DNA of 64,000 nucleotides from Podarcis pityusensis (Eukaryota), in assembly GCA_964106645.2 (NCBI GenBank), contig OZ067046.1, one strand, 5' to 3'. The position numbers were made by a program, and so were the translations under genes. The notes under the pieces were generated by a model. It saw only the letters and a list, made by a program, of their open reading frames with translations, made no database searches and was not told the origin of the DNA. Positions 63,575 through 64,000 of this stretch are shown piece by piece; position 1 is the stretch's first letter, and the number at the start of each line of letters is the position of its first letter.

Positions 63575-63714
63575 CACACTAATAATAAACACTCCACAAA
63601 ACAGCACCATATTTACACCACATCTACCAACCCATACTTTTCAGCTAGCATTTTAAAACACTCTTTTCTATAGATCAAAGAAGGCTGCAATAAACCAGGT
63701 CAAGCTATTTGCAC

Positions 63715-63885
63715 AGTCTGCTTAGCCCGCTATATTGTCTGCTTCTCTTATAGGGCAGCAGCTCTTCAAGGTCTTAAGGCAGACATCTTTCAAATCACCT
63801 GCCACCAGATCCTTTTAACTGGAGATGCCACAGGTTAAATCTGGGGATTTTTTGAAGTGGTCCTCTACCACTAAACTATGGCCCT
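63715..63885 (-). mobile_element. tRNA-derived SINE (Squam2-like), degraded
   Basis: ..GGCAGCAGCTCTTCAAGG..CTGGAGATGCCA..CTCTACCACTAAACTATGGCCC. Confidence 0.6.
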
Positions 63886-64000
63886 CCCTCCTTTCATTTT
63901 TATTTAGCACTCAGTCTGAACGTTACCTATTTATTCCTCCTTTTACTAGCAAAGGTAATGGATTTATTTTCTGAATGGTTCAACATTTCCTAAGTAGATA

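Noticed and set aside
1-64000. Host gene identity, CRISPR arrays or prokaryotic systems
   Set aside because: No supportable host exons, and nothing prokaryotic is present. The locus cannot be named without alignment.

Overview
Eukaryotic, repeat-rich non-coding DNA from a squamate reptile, most likely a lacertid lizard. The evidence is eight Sauria/POM-type SINEs, a Squam3-type SINE, BovB, a squamate L1 and Penelope-derived elements. I cannot support any host protein-coding exon. All long ORFs are retroelement-derived: BovB RT, L1 ORF2, CR1/L2 fragments and LTR frames. Between the repeats lie several repeat-poor, homeobox-motif-rich blocks and CTCF-like sites, so the window reads like a gene desert or large intron. 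Most notable observations: (1) two very divergent LTR-like elements (36.2-37.0 kb and 52.0-52.75 kb) share nested stems with compensatory base changes, a candidate undescribed structured RNA; (2) two Gypsy-like LTRs carry an acidic-then-basic reading frame that starts at LTR nucleotide 2; (3) Penelope-type elements carry minimal hammerhead ribozyme motifs, one folded into a long palindrome; (4) a BovB internal-deletion product mimics ruminant Bov-A; (5) a twin-primed, 5'-inverted L1 contains a nested solo LTR. Family names come from my recognition of the sequences, not from database searches, and boundaries of old repeats are approximate.
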